DNA of 64,000 bases from Bacteroidota bacterium (GTDB lineage Bacteria; Bacteroidota; Bacteroidia; CAILMK01). Shown here piece after piece: positions 25,678-35,677 of the stretch. The stretch spans positions 762-64,761 of the forward strand of contig JAWXCF010000074.1 in assembly GCA_034440515.1 (NCBI GenBank). Reading direction: 5' to 3'. Under the pieces are notes generated by a model that saw only the letters and a program-made list of their open reading frames with translations, ran no database searches and had not been told where the DNA came from. Both the position numbers and the translations under genes were made by a program. Every line of letters begins with the position of its first letter. Within the stretch, counting starts at the first letter, position 1.

Positions 25678-27084
25678 ATGGAAAATAATCAATCTTACTT
25701 TGATAACTGGATGAAAAACCAGAGAGATATTTTAGACCAATGGAACAATATGAGTTCTACTGTACGCGAACAAACAAATATGGATACTTTTTTCCAAAAG
25801 GGTCAAGAGTGGATGAATAAGTTCAATCAAACTGTAGAAGATACTACGGCAAATGGTCGTACCAAAATGGACGAAAATGTTAACAATCAAAAAGAAATGT
25901 GGACCAAAATGATGGATAATTGGAACAGTTGGCAGAATAGTTTGAATGAAAATATGATGAATTGGTCTAAGAATTTTAATGACCAATATGTAAATAATGC
26001 TACTCAAAACTTTACCGAAACTGCAAAAAATTGGCAGAATGAAATGATGAATTCTACACAAAACTGGTCTAAAAATATGACGAGTAATATTACAAACCCA
26101 TTTGATATGCCAAATATGGTGAATTCAACTTCGCACAACGCTTATAAGTCTATGCAAAGTGGTATGGAAGCCTACCAAATGATGGCTAAAATGTGGCAAC
26201 CAATGTTCGAAAAAATGAACGTAAACGGATGGAATGCAGACGAGTTTCAAAAAATGGTAGATATGAATCAATTTAAATCATACTTAGACAAAGTATTTGA
26301 TTTGAATCAAGTAAACATCAATATGAATAGCCTAATGAACAATTGGAGTAAAACAATGATGTCTATGAACAATCCTGAAATGATGCAGAATATTCAGAAT
26401 TCTATGAACGAAATGGTGTTACCACAAATGAATAATATGAGTGGTATGATGCAAGAAATGCAAAAGAATTTTACAGCTATGGTTGCGCCATTTTCTAAAC
26501 TAATGCCTGATGATAAGAACCGTCAAATGATGGAGAAAATAGCTGACGTTAGCAAAAACTATACTGATGGTTTTCAAAAACTAACTGAACTACAATATCA
26601 TATTTATCACAAAGGTCAAAATGCTCTTGATAACTTTATGAAAGTAGTGACCGAGAAATATGAAAATGGCGACAAATTCAAAGATTTCAATGATATGTAC
26701 AGTGAGTGGTTAAACCAAAGTGGTAAATCATTTGAAGAATTATTTGCTACAGATGAATACAGTAAACTTCAAGGTGACCTAGTAAATATATCTGCTGATA
26801 TAAAAGCTAAAAATTCTGAAGTTATGGAAATAATGATGGAGCCATTACCATTAGTACGTAAGTCTGAAGCTGATGAAATCTATTTGAGCAACTATGACTT
26901 GCGCAAACGTATTCACAGCCTAGAAAAAGAAATGGAAGCAATGAAGACTACCCCTAACCATCAAGAGCCAATGGTACACAATCCTAACCCTATTCACCAC
27001 GAAGAAGCTACTACTACTACACCAGAACCTCAAGAAGTTGCAATTAAGCCAGTTAGCAATTCTAAAACTGCTAAAAAAGCATAA
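25678..27084 (+). CDS. phaE: Class III PHA synthase subunit PhaE (Met/Asn/Trp-rich variant)
   Basis: C-terminal PhaE-box-like helix VRKSEADEIYLSNYDLRKRIHSLEKEM, Trp-rich N-terminal half. Abuts phaC (TAAATG). I prefer the ATG at 25678 over the TTG at 25624, because a -7 box lies at 25641-25648. Confidence 0.75.
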   Translation: MENNQSYFDNWMKNQRDILDQWNNMSSTVREQTNMDTFFQKGQEWMNKFNQTVEDTTANGRTKMDENVNNQKEMWTKMMDNWNSWQNSLNENMMNWSKNFNDQYVNNATQNFTETAKNWQNEMMNSTQNWSKNMTSNITNPFDMPNMVNSTSHNAYKSMQSGMEAYQMMAKMWQPMFEKMNVNGWNADEFQKMVDMNQFKSYLDKVFDLNQVNINMNSLMNNWSKTMMSMNNPEMMQNIQNSMNEMVLPQMNNMSGMMQEMQKNFTAMVAPFSKLMPDDKNRQMMEKIADVSKNYTDGFQKLTELQYHIYHKGQNALDNFMKVVTEKYENGDKFKDFNDMYSEWLNQSGKSFEELFATDEYSKLQGDLVNISADIKAKNSEVMEIMMEPLPLVRKSEADEIYLSNYDLRKRIHSLEKEMEAMKTTPNHQEPMVHNPNPIHHEEATTTTPEPQEVAIKPVSNSKTAKKA

Positions 27085-28149
27085 ATGTCAGAAAATACGG
27101 AAGAATTAAAAAACCCAATGGACACCTGGGTTGATATGCTACAAAAAATGGCTAAAGGGTATGAAAACCTTAGTCAAATTGAAAATGTAGATGTAGCCAC
27201 AGCTCAGAAAGAACTGGTTTGGCAGTTAGACAAGGTTAAAATGTACCATTATAAAAATGATGCTGAAATAAAAGTTAAAACACCTGTTTTAATTTCTTAT
27301 GCCTTGGTAAATCGTCAGGATATGATGGACATCCAGCCAGATCGCAGCTATATTAGAAATTTATTGAATTTAGGACTTGATATTTATATGATGGATTGGG
27401 GCTACCCTACCCAAGCTGATAAATTTTTGACATTAGACGATTATATAGAAATGTATTTGAATGACGGGGTTGACTTCATCAGAAAATCTGAATCTATAGA
27501 TAAAATCAATTTAATGGGTATTTGTCAAGGTGGTACGTTTAGCGTGATATATGCTGCGCTACATCCTGAAAAAATAAAGAATCTAATTACCCTAGTCACT
27601 CCAGTTGACTTCAGTAAAAACGATGGTCTCCTTATCCGTTGGTCACGTGATATGAACTTTGATACTATTGTTGATAGTCAAGGTACAATAAATGGCGATT
27701 TCTTAAATGCCGGTTTTTCTATGTTGAAACCAATGATGCAAGCTGGAAAAATGATGAACTTAATGAACATCATAGATGATAAAGATAAACTGATGAACTA
27801 TTTGAGAATGGAAAAATGGATAAACGATAGTCCTAATCAAGCAGGTGAATGTTACAGAAGGTTTATGAAAGAATTGTATCAAGAAAATAAATTAGCTGAA
27901 AATAAATTAATCATTGAGGGTAAGCTGGTTGACTTGAAAAATCTTAATATGCCACTATTAAATATTTACGCATCAGAAGACCACTTGGTACCGCCTAGTG
28001 CATCAATTGCACTAAATGATTTAGTAGGTAGTACTGACACGGAATTATATAAATTTCCAGGTGGACATATCGGTGTTTTTGTTGGGGGTAGATCTCAAAA
28101 AGAATTAGCACCAGCAGTAGAATCTTGGTTAAAATCAAGAGATAACTAG
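27085..28149 (+). CDS. phaC: Class III poly(R)-hydroxyalkanoic acid synthase subunit PhaC
   Basis: 354 aa, lipase box GICQGG, Asp in ASEDHLVP, His in GGHIGVF. Confidence 0.9.
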   Translation: MSENTEELKNPMDTWVDMLQKMAKGYENLSQIENVDVATAQKELVWQLDKVKMYHYKNDAEIKVKTPVLISYALVNRQDMMDIQPDRSYIRNLLNLGLDIYMMDWGYPTQADKFLTLDDYIEMYLNDGVDFIRKSESIDKINLMGICQGGTFSVIYAALHPEKIKNLITLVTPVDFSKNDGLLIRWSRDMNFDTIVDSQGTINGDFLNAGFSMLKPMMQAGKMMNLMNIIDDKDKLMNYLRMEKWINDSPNQAGECYRRFMKELYQENKLAENKLIIEGKLVDLKNLNMPLLNIYASEDHLVPPSASIALNDLVGSTDTELYKFPGGHIGVFVGGRSQKELAPAVESWLKSRDN

Positions 28150-28176
28150 TTTATTTTTTTAAAAAAATATTATTGG

Positions 28177-28209
28177 CCCTGCTTCTTAACAAATGGAGCA
28201 GGGTTTTTT
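28177..28209 (+). terminator. Rho-independent terminator after phaC
   Basis: Stem CCCTGCTTC / GGAGCAGGG (one G:U pair), 9-nt loop, then TTTTTT. Confidence 0.7.
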
Positions 28210-28219
28210 GTTATTCAAT

Positions 28220-28990
28220 ATGGCTGTTCAAATCCATCATAAATTTAATATTGACTATACTCTATCTGGTCAAGGCATCTCAATTCTATTTATTCACGGC
28301 TTAGATAGTGATAGCAGAATATGGAAGAGTTGGGTAACTCATTTCTCTTGTTCACATCATTGCATAAATATAGATTTGCCAGGACACGGCAGTTCGGAAA
28401 TACAAGATCTTAATTTCAATTTTCAAGATATATGTAAATGCATTAAGGATTTAGTACTACAAAATACTAGTAATAAAATTCAAATAGTCGGTCATAGTTT
28501 AGGTGCGCAATGTGCTACTTGGTTTCAGCTATATTATCCTGAACTAGTCGAAAAGCTAGTTCTTATATCTCCAGCTGGTATGGAAGTATTTACCAGATGG
28601 GAAATAGTCGGACTACAACAAATGGTACAGTTAATACCTGGCTCAGAAGCTTTGATGAAATTAACCAAAGATGATATTATAGCAGGGCAAATTAATGGAT
28701 GTATGTCAATGAAATATATGAAATTCTATGTTGGACTCATAACAGCCAACCCAATACTTAACGAATTGCAAAAAGTAAAGTGCCCCGTACACCTTAGTTA
28801 TGGTTTAGAAGATAAATTAATTCCCAATAAGGTATTTCATAGAAATTTGAGTATTAAAGATGTATATAGAAGTGCCGTAACAAGACTGCATAGTTACAAA
28901 GGCATTTTGCTTAAGAATTCTGGCCACTTTAGCCTGATAGATAGGAAAGAGAAATTAATAGAATCTGTAGATGCATTTATTGCCTTGTAA
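28220..28990 (+). CDS. Alpha/beta hydrolase
   Basis: FIHGLDSD oxyanion region, nucleophile elbow GHSLG, C-terminal SGHF. Track start 28193 lies inside the phaC terminator hairpin, so I prefer the ATG at 28220. Confidence 0.75.
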   Translation: MAVQIHHKFNIDYTLSGQGISILFIHGLDSDSRIWKSWVTHFSCSHHCINIDLPGHGSSEIQDLNFNFQDICKCIKDLVLQNTSNKIQIVGHSLGAQCATWFQLYYPELVEKLVLISPAGMEVFTRWEIVGLQQMVQLIPGSEALMKLTKDDIIAGQINGCMSMKYMKFYVGLITANPILNELQKVKCPVHLSYGLEDKLIPNKVFHRNLSIKDVYRSAVTRLHSYKGILLKNSGHFSLIDRKEKLIESVDAFIAL

Positions 28991-29029
28991 TTATTGGTAT
29001 TCCTGTTTAATATTAGGCTTTAGCAATTG

Positions 29030-29037
29030 TACCTTTG
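29030..29037 (+). promoter_or_regulatory. Putative -7 box for the ABC ATPase-kdsB-pyrG string
   Basis: TACCTTTG; ATG 29051 is 14 nt downstream. Confidence 0.4.
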
Positions 29038-29050
29038 TTTTCGGACTGAT

Positions 29051-29716
29051 ATGATATCCGGACATAAAATATTTAAATCTTACAGTAATTTAACCATTTT
29101 AAAAGGGGTTGATTTACACGTAGAACACGGTGAAATAGTCGCTATAGTTGGTGCAAGCGGTGCAGGAAAAAGCACCTTGCTCCAAATATTAGGAACACTA
29201 GAGGCACCTGATAATGGCTGGATAGAAATTAACCACATTGACCCAAATAAACTAAGTAGTAAAAAACTAGCTGAATTTAGAAATAAGCATATTGGTTTCA
29301 TATTTCAATTTCATCATTTATTGCCAGAGTTTACTGTATTAGAAAATGTATCAATACCTGGCTATATAGCTGGGCGTAAGAATGCCGAGCTTAAGTCAGC
29401 AGCTATAAATTTGTTAGAAATATTGGGTGTAGCAGATAAAGCCAATACCAAACCAAGTGTGTTAAGTGGTGGTGAACAACAAAGAGTCGCTATAGCTAGG
29501 GCATTGATTAATAGCCCTTCAGTTGTATTGGCAGATGAACCAACTGGAAACTTAGATAGTCAGAATGCAGAATTACTTCATAGCCTAATTCATAAGTTAC
29601 GAGCTGAATTAAATCAAACATTTCTGATAGTAACCCATAACACTGCACTTGCAGAAATGGCAGATAGACAATTGAAAATGGCAGATGGTATAATTGTGAA
29701 CAACAAGAAATCATAG
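29051..29716 (+). CDS. ABC transporter ATP-binding protein (LolD/MacB-type)
   Basis: Walker A GASGAGKST, signature LSGGEQQR, Walker B VLADEPTGNLD. I prefer the ATG at 29051, because a -7 box at 29030-29037 lies inside the TTG-extended ORF. Confidence 0.85.
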   Translation: MISGHKIFKSYSNLTILKGVDLHVEHGEIVAIVGASGAGKSTLLQILGTLEAPDNGWIEINHIDPNKLSSKKLAEFRNKHIGFIFQFHHLLPEFTVLENVSIPGYIAGRKNAELKSAAINLLEILGVADKANTKPSVLSGGEQQRVAIARALINSPSVVLADEPTGNLDSQNAELLHSLIHKLRAELNQTFLIVTHNTALAEMADRQLKMADGIIVNNKKS

Positions 29717-29720
29717 TATT

Positions 29721-30485
29721 GTGAGAATATTAGCGATAATACCTGCTAGGTTGAGCAGTACCAGATTGCCAAATAAGCCCTTGTGTATAATCGGTGATAA
29801 GCCAATGGTACTTCACGTGTATGATGAAGTAGTCAAGGCAAATATTGCAACAAAAGTATATATAGCTACTGACCACGAGAGAATTCAATCTATAGCAAAA
29901 AATCACGGTGCTAATGTGATGTTTACTGATGAAAATCACGAGAATGGAACTGAACGATGTTGCGAGGTTGTGAATAATTTGGAGGCATTAGGGCAAGAAT
30001 TTGACTTAGTTATAAATATACAAGGTGATGAACCTTTTATTAGCCAAGAGCCGCTTCTCACATTGATAAATGTATTTCAAAGGAATACCGAAGCAGATAT
30101 AGCAACACTATATCAAAATTTTATAAATGAAGAAGAGTTACTAAGCACAAATACAGCTAAAGTAATTTTAAACAAGGATAATAAGGCACAATATTTTTCC
30201 AGATTACCGATACCATTCGCTAGAAACGGAGCCATTAACCTTGATTCATATCACAAGCATATTGGAATATATGCGTATCGTGTTAAGGCTTTGAAAGAAA
30301 TAGTACAATTACCAGTATCACTCTGGGAAATGCAAGAAATGCTGGAACAACTTAGATGGCTATACAATGGCTATGACGTGTATTTGGCTGAAACAAACTA
30401 CATAATGATAAGTGTAGATACACCTGACGACCTGCAGAAGGCTAGAATGCACTATGAACAAATGAAAACACTGAAATCCATATAA
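29721..30485 (+). CDS. kdsB: 3-deoxy-manno-octulosonate cytidylyltransferase
   Basis: IIPARLSSTRLPNKPL N-terminus and IQGDEPF motif; GTG start. Confidence 0.9.
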   Translation: MRILAIIPARLSSTRLPNKPLCIIGDKPMVLHVYDEVVKANIATKVYIATDHERIQSIAKNHGANVMFTDENHENGTERCCEVVNNLEALGQEFDLVINIQGDEPFISQEPLLTLINVFQRNTEADIATLYQNFINEEELLSTNTAKVILNKDNKAQYFSRLPIPFARNGAINLDSYHKHIGIYAYRVKALKEIVQLPVSLWEMQEMLEQLRWLYNGYDVYLAETNYIMISVDTPDDLQKARMHYEQMKTLKSI

Positions 30486-30500
30486 TTAAAAATTAATACA

Positions 30501-32162
30501 ATGTCAAAGACTAAATATATATTCGTTACAGGGGGTGTTAGCTCCAGTTTGGGAAAAGGAATTATAGCTGCCAGCCTAGCTAAATTGCTACAGGTGCGTG
30601 GATATAGTGTAACAATTCAAAAATTTGATCCATACATAAACGTTGATCCTGGTACTCTAAACCCTTATGAGCACGGCGAATGTTTCGTAACTGATGATGG
30701 AGCAGAAACAGATTTAGATCTTGGGCATTATGAGCGGTTTTTGAATATAGCTACCAGTCAAGCAAATAATGTAACTACTGGTCAGGTATATCAGACTGTA
30801 ATCCAAAAGGAGAGAAAAGGAGAATATTTAGGCAAAACTGTGCAGGTAGTTCCGCACATTACAGACGAAATCAAAATGAGATTTCAAAAATTAAGTAAGT
30901 CTGGCATATATGATATTATTATAACTGAGATAGGTGGTACTGTGGGTGATATAGAGTCACTACCATATATAGAGTCACTTAGACAAATGCGATATGAGAA
31001 GGGAATTCACAACTGCTTAGTTATTCACCTTACCTATATACCGTTTCTAAAAGGAGCAGGAGAATTAAAAACAAAACCTACACAGCATAGCGTAAAAACT
31101 ATGTTAGAAACAGGTGTACAACCTGATATATTGGTATGTAGAACAGAATACCCTATCCCTAAAGATATGCGTAAGAAATTGGCCCTGTTTTGTAACGTTA
31201 AGCCAAATGCTGTAATTGAAGCCATAGATGCTAATAGCATATACGAAGTACCGTTACTAATGCAAAAAGAAAACTTAGACAAGGTAGTTTTAGCTAAGTT
31301 AAAATGGGGATTAAAGCAAGAGCCAGATCTAAGTAATTGGAAAGAGTTCTTAGACAAGCTAGTACATTATAATCACGAAATACATATAGGGCTAATAGGA
31401 AAATATACTGAACTACCTGATGCCTATAAATCTATAAATGAATCATTCATACACGCTGGTGCAGCTAATAATGTAAAAGTTAGGGTACAATACATAAGCA
31501 GTGAAAAATTAAAGTCTGATAACATTGCACAACACTTAGAGTTATTGGATGGTGTACTAGTTGCTCCTGGATTTGGAGAGCGTGGTATAGAAGGAAAGAT
31601 TCTCGCTATTGAATATGTGAGAGAGCATAGTATCCCGTTTTTTGGAATTTGCCTAGGTATGCAGTGTGCTGTAATAGAGTTTGGTAGAAATGTACTAAAA
31701 CTTAGTCAAGCACATAGCACAGAAATGGACCCTAAGACACCTTCACCTGTTATCGACATAATGGAGGAGCAAAAGGAGAAGACTGCTAAAGGTGGAACTA
31801 TGAGGTTAGGCGCCTACCCTTGCGAATTGGTAAAAAACACCCTAGCGCACAAAATATATGGTCAGAACGTAATAATGGAGCGACATAGACACCGATTTGA
31901 ATTTAATAACAAGTATCGTGACCAATATGAAAAAGCAGGCTTAAAAATGTCTGGAATAAATCCTGTAAGTAAATTGGTAGAGATAATTGAGATTAAAGCT
32001 CACCCGTTTTTCTTAGGGGCACAGTTTCACCCTGAACTAAAGAGTACTGTAGACAATCCACATCCAATATTTTTAGCATTTGTAAAAGCTGCTGCAGATA
32101 GAAAACTACACAGAGATAAGCAATCTAATGTAGCAATAGAGTCAGAAGTTCTGGTATCTTAA
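30501..32162 (+). CDS. pyrG: CTP synthase
   Basis: [16 protein letters not shown] motif; glutamine amidotransferase Cys in GICLGMQ; 553 aa. Confidence 0.97.
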   Translation: MSKTKYIFVTGGVSSSLGKGIIAASLAKLLQVRGYSVTIQKFDPYINVDPGTLNPYEHGECFVTDDGAETDLDLGHYERFLNIATSQANNVTTGQVYQTVIQKERKGEYLGKTVQVVPHITDEIKMRFQKLSKSGIYDIIITEIGGTVGDIESLPYIESLRQMRYEKGIHNCLVIHLTYIPFLKGAGELKTKPTQHSVKTMLETGVQPDILVCRTEYPIPKDMRKKLALFCNVKPNAVIEAIDANSIYEVPLLMQKENLDKVVLAKLKWGLKQEPDLSNWKEFLDKLVHYNHEIHIGLIGKYTELPDAYKSINESFIHAGAANNVKVRVQYISSEKLKSDNIAQHLELLDGVLVAPGFGERGIEGKILAIEYVREHSIPFFGICLGMQCAVIEFGRNVLKLSQAHSTEMDPKTPSPVIDIMEEQKEKTAKGGTMRLGAYPCELVKNTLAHKIYGQNVIMERHRHRFEFNNKYRDQYEKAGLKMSGINPVSKLVEIIEIKAHPFFLGAQFHPELKSTVDNPHPIFLAFVKAAADRKLHRDKQSNVAIESEVLVS

Positions 32163-33427
32163 TTATCAGCTATATGAGCCTCATATTCACGAATGCTATT
32201 GATAATTATATCTGTAGCTTCGTTTAATTGAGATTCGGTTATAACCAATGGTGGCGCAAACCTGATGATATTCCTATGGGTTTGCTTGGCAAGTACACCA
32301 TTTTTCATCATCACTTTACATAGTTCCAGTCCAGCGTGCTCATTGTGATTGTCATAAACCTTTATGGCATTTAGCAATCCCTTGCCTCGCACTGTTGTAA
32401 CTATTCCCGTACCTATTAGTGTTTCTAATTTAGCTCTGAATATTTGGCCCAATCTGAAAGCATTTTCTGCTAGGTTTTCATCTACTAATATTTTCAAAGC
32501 CTCAAGTGCTACAGCCGCCGCCAATGGATTTCCACCAAAGGTAGAGCCGTGTTCTCCTGGCTTAATTGTCAGCATTATTTCATCATTAGCTAATACTGCA
32601 GATATTGGCAACATACCCCCTGATAATGCCTTACCTAATATAAGAATGTCGCCTTTTACACCATCATAATCTTGTGCTAACATTTTCCCCGTCCTAGCTA
32701 ATCCAGTCTGAATTTCATCGGTCATAAACAGCACATTATGTCTGGTGCATATTTCTCTAACCTTAGCTAGGTAACCATCTTGAGGAACTATTACCCCAGC
32801 TTCTCCTTGCATTGGCTCAACTAAAAATCCACACACTTCTGGCATTTTCAATGCCTCATCTAATGCTTCAGTATCGTCAAATGGGACCATAAAAAAGCCT
32901 GGCATAGTCGGACCAAATCTATCTCTGGTAAATTTATCTGTACTGAATGATAAGATTCCAGTAGTTCTACCGTGAAAATTATTTACTGCTACTACGATTA
33001 TGGCTTTATTTACGGGAATTTGTTTCACATCATAGCCCCATCTACGGGCTAGTTTTACGGCAGTTTCCACAGCTTCAGCACCGCTATTCATCATCAGAAC
33101 TTTATCATAGCCAAATAGTTCAGCCATATATTGCTCTGTAGGTCCAAGTTTGTCATTATAAAATGCCCTGCTGGTCAGAGTTAGTACATTAGCTTGATCT
33201 TGAATAGCTTTAACCAATCTTGGGTGACAATGACCTTGATTTACAGCACTATATGCACTTAAAAAATCAAAATAATGCTTCCCTTCTACATCATACATAT
33301 CTACACCAGAGGCACTACTTATCACTACAGGCAATGGCTTGTAGTTGTGGGCCCCATATTTACCCTCTAAATCTATAAGTTCCTGTGATGTCATAAATCC
33401 TATATCCTCTAATGTGTCAGTGTACAT
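32159..33427 (-). CDS. rocD: Ornithine--oxo-acid aminotransferase
   Basis: Class III aminotransferase, [30 protein letters not shown] (PLP Lys). The internal ATG at 33394 is an alternative start. Confidence 0.9.
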   Translation of the reverse strand: MYTDTLEDIGFMTSQELIDLEGKYGAHNYKPLPVVISSASGVDMYDVEGKHYFDFLSAYSAVNQGHCHPRLVKAIQDQANVLTLTSRAFYNDKLGPTEQYMAELFGYDKVLMMNSGAEAVETAVKLARRWGYDVKQIPVNKAIIVVAVNNFHGRTTGILSFSTDKFTRDRFGPTMPGFFMVPFDDTEALDEALKMPEVCGFLVEPMQGEAGVIVPQDGYLAKVREICTRHNVLFMTDEIQTGLARTGKMLAQDYDGVKGDILILGKALSGGMLPISAVLANDEIMLTIKPGEHGSTFGGNPLAAAVALEALKILVDENLAENAFRLGQIFRAKLETLIGTGIVTTVRGKGLLNAIKVYDNHNEHAGLELCKVMMKNGVLAKQTHRNIIRFAPPLVITESQLNEATDIIINSIREYEAHIADN

Positions 33428-33431
33428 ATAG

Positions 33432-33439
33432 CAAATTTA
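33432..33439 (-). promoter_or_regulatory. Putative -7 box for rocD
   Basis: Minus strand TAAATTTG, only 5 nt before the first ATG. This implies a leaderless mRNA or use of the ATG at 33394. Confidence 0.35.
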
Positions 33440-33449
33440 CGTGTTTAAA

Positions 33450-34061
33450 TTAAGCATCTTGACGATATTGCTCCCACATTTTCAAACAGTACCCTATATA
33501 TTCATAGAGTTCATCTTTACCTAATTTATCATCGACTGATGTTTTAATTAATTTAGGAAATTCTTCCCACACTTCCGCAAGTTTCTCTTGATAACTGGAG
33601 TACCATTTCTCATATTCTACAGCTTTTATTCTGTCTGCTTTAGTAGCTACTATACAAAATGGGATGGAACGCTCGCCCAACCAGTTTATCATATCTATGT
33701 CTAACTTTTGAGGTGGTATAGAGCAATCTATTAGAAGAAATACATTTACTAGTTGTTCTCTTTTATTTAAGTAAACTTTAGACCTTGCCTCCCACTCTAA
33801 TCGTTTAGTTTGTGCAACAATGGCGTAACCATAGCCAGGTAAATCAACTAAATGCCAGGCATCATCTACCTTAAAGTAGTTCATTAGCTTTGTTTTACCG
33901 GGTTTGCTACTCACTTGTGCCAAACCAGACTTCTGTGCTAAGAAATTGATTAGTGAAGATTTACCAACATTACTCCTGCCTATAAAGGCAAATTCTGGAA
34001 TATTATCGGTTGGACATTCCTTAATAGATGGGGCACTTTTAACAAAAACTATAGAATCCAA
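33450..34061 (-). CDS. engB: Ribosome biogenesis GTPase YihA/YsxC (EngB)
   Basis: G1 GRSNVGKSSLIN, G3 DLPGYG, G4 TKADR; TTG start. Confidence 0.9.
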   Translation of the reverse strand: MDSIVFVKSAPSIKECPTDNIPEFAFIGRSNVGKSSLINFLAQKSGLAQVSSKPGKTKLMNYFKVDDAWHLVDLPGYGYAIVAQTKRLEWEARSKVYLNKREQLVNVFLLIDCSIPPQKLDIDMINWLGERSIPFCIVATKADRIKAVEYEKWYSSYQEKLAEVWEEFPKLIKTSVDDKLGKDELYEYIGYCLKMWEQYRQDA

Positions 34062-34079
34062 GGTGGCATACTTTAGCTA

Positions 34080-34087
34080 CAAAGGTA
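34080..34087 (-). promoter_or_regulatory. Putative -7 box for engB
   Basis: Minus strand TACCTTTG; start 19 nt downstream. Confidence 0.4.
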
Positions 34088-34107
34088 CAGCACTACTTAT
34101 CAGGTCT

Positions 34108-34115
34108 TATCTTTG
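34108..34115 (+). promoter_or_regulatory. Putative -7 box for ubiE-porT
   Basis: TATCTTTG; ATG 51 nt downstream. Confidence 0.35.
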
Positions 34116-34165
34116 CTTATATTCATTTATAGTAAGAATATAAAATAGTTAGATAAAAATATAGA

Positions 34166-34885
34166 ATGGTAAAACCTGATAACAAAGCAGATACAGGAAA
34201 GAAAGAACAGGTTCAACAAATGTTTGATGATATATCGCCAAAGTATGACCTATTAAATAGGGTGTTAAGCTTGGGAATTGACATAAAGTGGAGAAAACGT
34301 GTAGTTGAAATATTAAAACCACATAAACCATCCTACATACTAGATGTAGCTACTGGCACAGCAGATCTTGCCATTTCTATGATGGAATTAAATCCTTCTA
34401 AAATTGTTGGTGTTGACATCAGCCAAGGAATGCTAAATAAAGGGAAAATAAAGCTGATAAACAAAGGTTTAGACAGCGTGATAACTCTACAACAGGGTGA
34501 TTCTGAAAATTTAAACTTTGTTGACAATACATTTGATGCAATCACAGTGGCATTTGGTGTAAGAAATTATGAAAATTTACGTTTAGGTCTTAGCGAAATG
34601 CTGCGAGTATTAAAACCAGAAGGTATTTTAGTAATTTTAGAATTTTCACAACCAAAAAACAAATTATTTGGCTCTATTTACAGATTTTATTTTAACAATA
34701 TTTTGCCAGCAATCGGAAAGTTGATTTCTAAAAATGCTAAAGCATACACCTATTTACCACAATCTGTAGGTGCGTTCCCTTATGGTGATGAAATGCTGAA
34801 CATTTTAAATGAGATAGGCTATAAAAATACAAAATGCGAAGAATTAACAATGGGAATAGCTTCAATATACGAAGCTTCAAAATAA
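34166..34885 (+). CDS. ubiE: Demethylmenaquinone/ubiquinone methyltransferase UbiE/MenG
   Basis: FDDISPKYDLLN, SAM motif LDVATGTADLA, VAFGVRN. Confidence 0.9.
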   Translation: MVKPDNKADTGKKEQVQQMFDDISPKYDLLNRVLSLGIDIKWRKRVVEILKPHKPSYILDVATGTADLAISMMELNPSKIVGVDISQGMLNKGKIKLINKGLDSVITLQQGDSENLNFVDNTFDAITVAFGVRNYENLRLGLSEMLRVLKPEGILVILEFSQPKNKLFGSIYRFYFNNILPAIGKLISKNAKAYTYLPQSVGAFPYGDEMLNILNEIGYKNTKCEELTMGIASIYEASK

Positions 34886-35586
34886 GTTTAGTTTGCCTAC
34901 TACTTCTTAGCAATTTGGGCAAAGCTCAGTCAAAAGACAGTAAACTGTTTTATGATTATGCTAGAACATTTCACTTTGGCTTTACCATAGGGACTAATCT
35001 AGCTGGTTTTAAATATGAAATGAGTCCGGCTTGGTATTCTAAAAAGATTGATACATTTAATAGTGTAAGTTTTGAGAAAAGTCCAGGCATCACTTTGGGT
35101 GGGGTTATGAATTTGCACTTAGGTAAGTCTGAACTTATGGAGCATTTTGACCTAAGATTCATTCCAAGTTTAGTATTGTCTAGCAGAAAAGCTGTCTTCA
35201 CTGTAAACGATAATTCGTTTAAAATAGACAAACCCGTAGAGAGTGCCATAATTAATCTACCACTTTTACTTAAATTTAAGTCTGATAGATTTGGATCAAT
35301 ACGATTTTACACTATTGCTGGTTTGGCTTACGGGTATGATTTGAGTAGTGATAGCAAGTCAAATAACAATAAATTGTCTAACAGTATTGCCATAGGTCCA
35401 TCTAATTTTAATTACGAATACGGACTTGGACTAGACATTTATTTCCCTTTCTTCAAGTTTAGTCCAGAAATAAAATGGAGCAGAGGTTTTAATGATTTAA
35501 AGGTAAGCGATGAGGGTAATTATAATGGCTCTTTTAAAAGTTTAAAGAGTCAGATAGCTTTTATAAGCCTGTATTTTGAGGGTTAA
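34834..35586 (+). CDS. porT: PorT family outer-membrane beta-barrel protein
   Basis: Signal peptide ending GKAQS, alternating beta-strand pattern, aromatic C-terminus, and the usual position after ubiE. Start is uncertain (52-nt overlap with ubiE). Confidence 0.65.
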   Translation: MRRINNGNSFNIRSFKISLVCLLLLSNLGKAQSKDSKLFYDYARTFHFGFTIGTNLAGFKYEMSPAWYSKKIDTFNSVSFEKSPGITLGGVMNLHLGKSELMEHFDLRFIPSLVLSSRKAVFTVNDNSFKIDKPVESAIINLPLLLKFKSDRFGSIRFYTIAGLAYGYDLSSDSKSNNNKLSNSIAIGPSNFNYEYGLGLDIYFPFFKFSPEIKWSRGFNDLKVSDEGNYNGSFKSLKSQIAFISLYFEG

Positions 35587-35627
35587 GTTTTATTTACCTA
35601 ATATTAAGGTACGGTATAAATAAATAA

Positions 35628-35635
35628 TAGCTTTG
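35628..35635 (+). promoter_or_regulatory. Putative -7 box for the SPFH gene
   Basis: TAGCTTTG; ATG 43 nt downstream. Confidence 0.35.
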
Positions 35636-35677
35636 TTTGTAACTACAAAATTTATTTAAAGCAATTCATTTTACATT

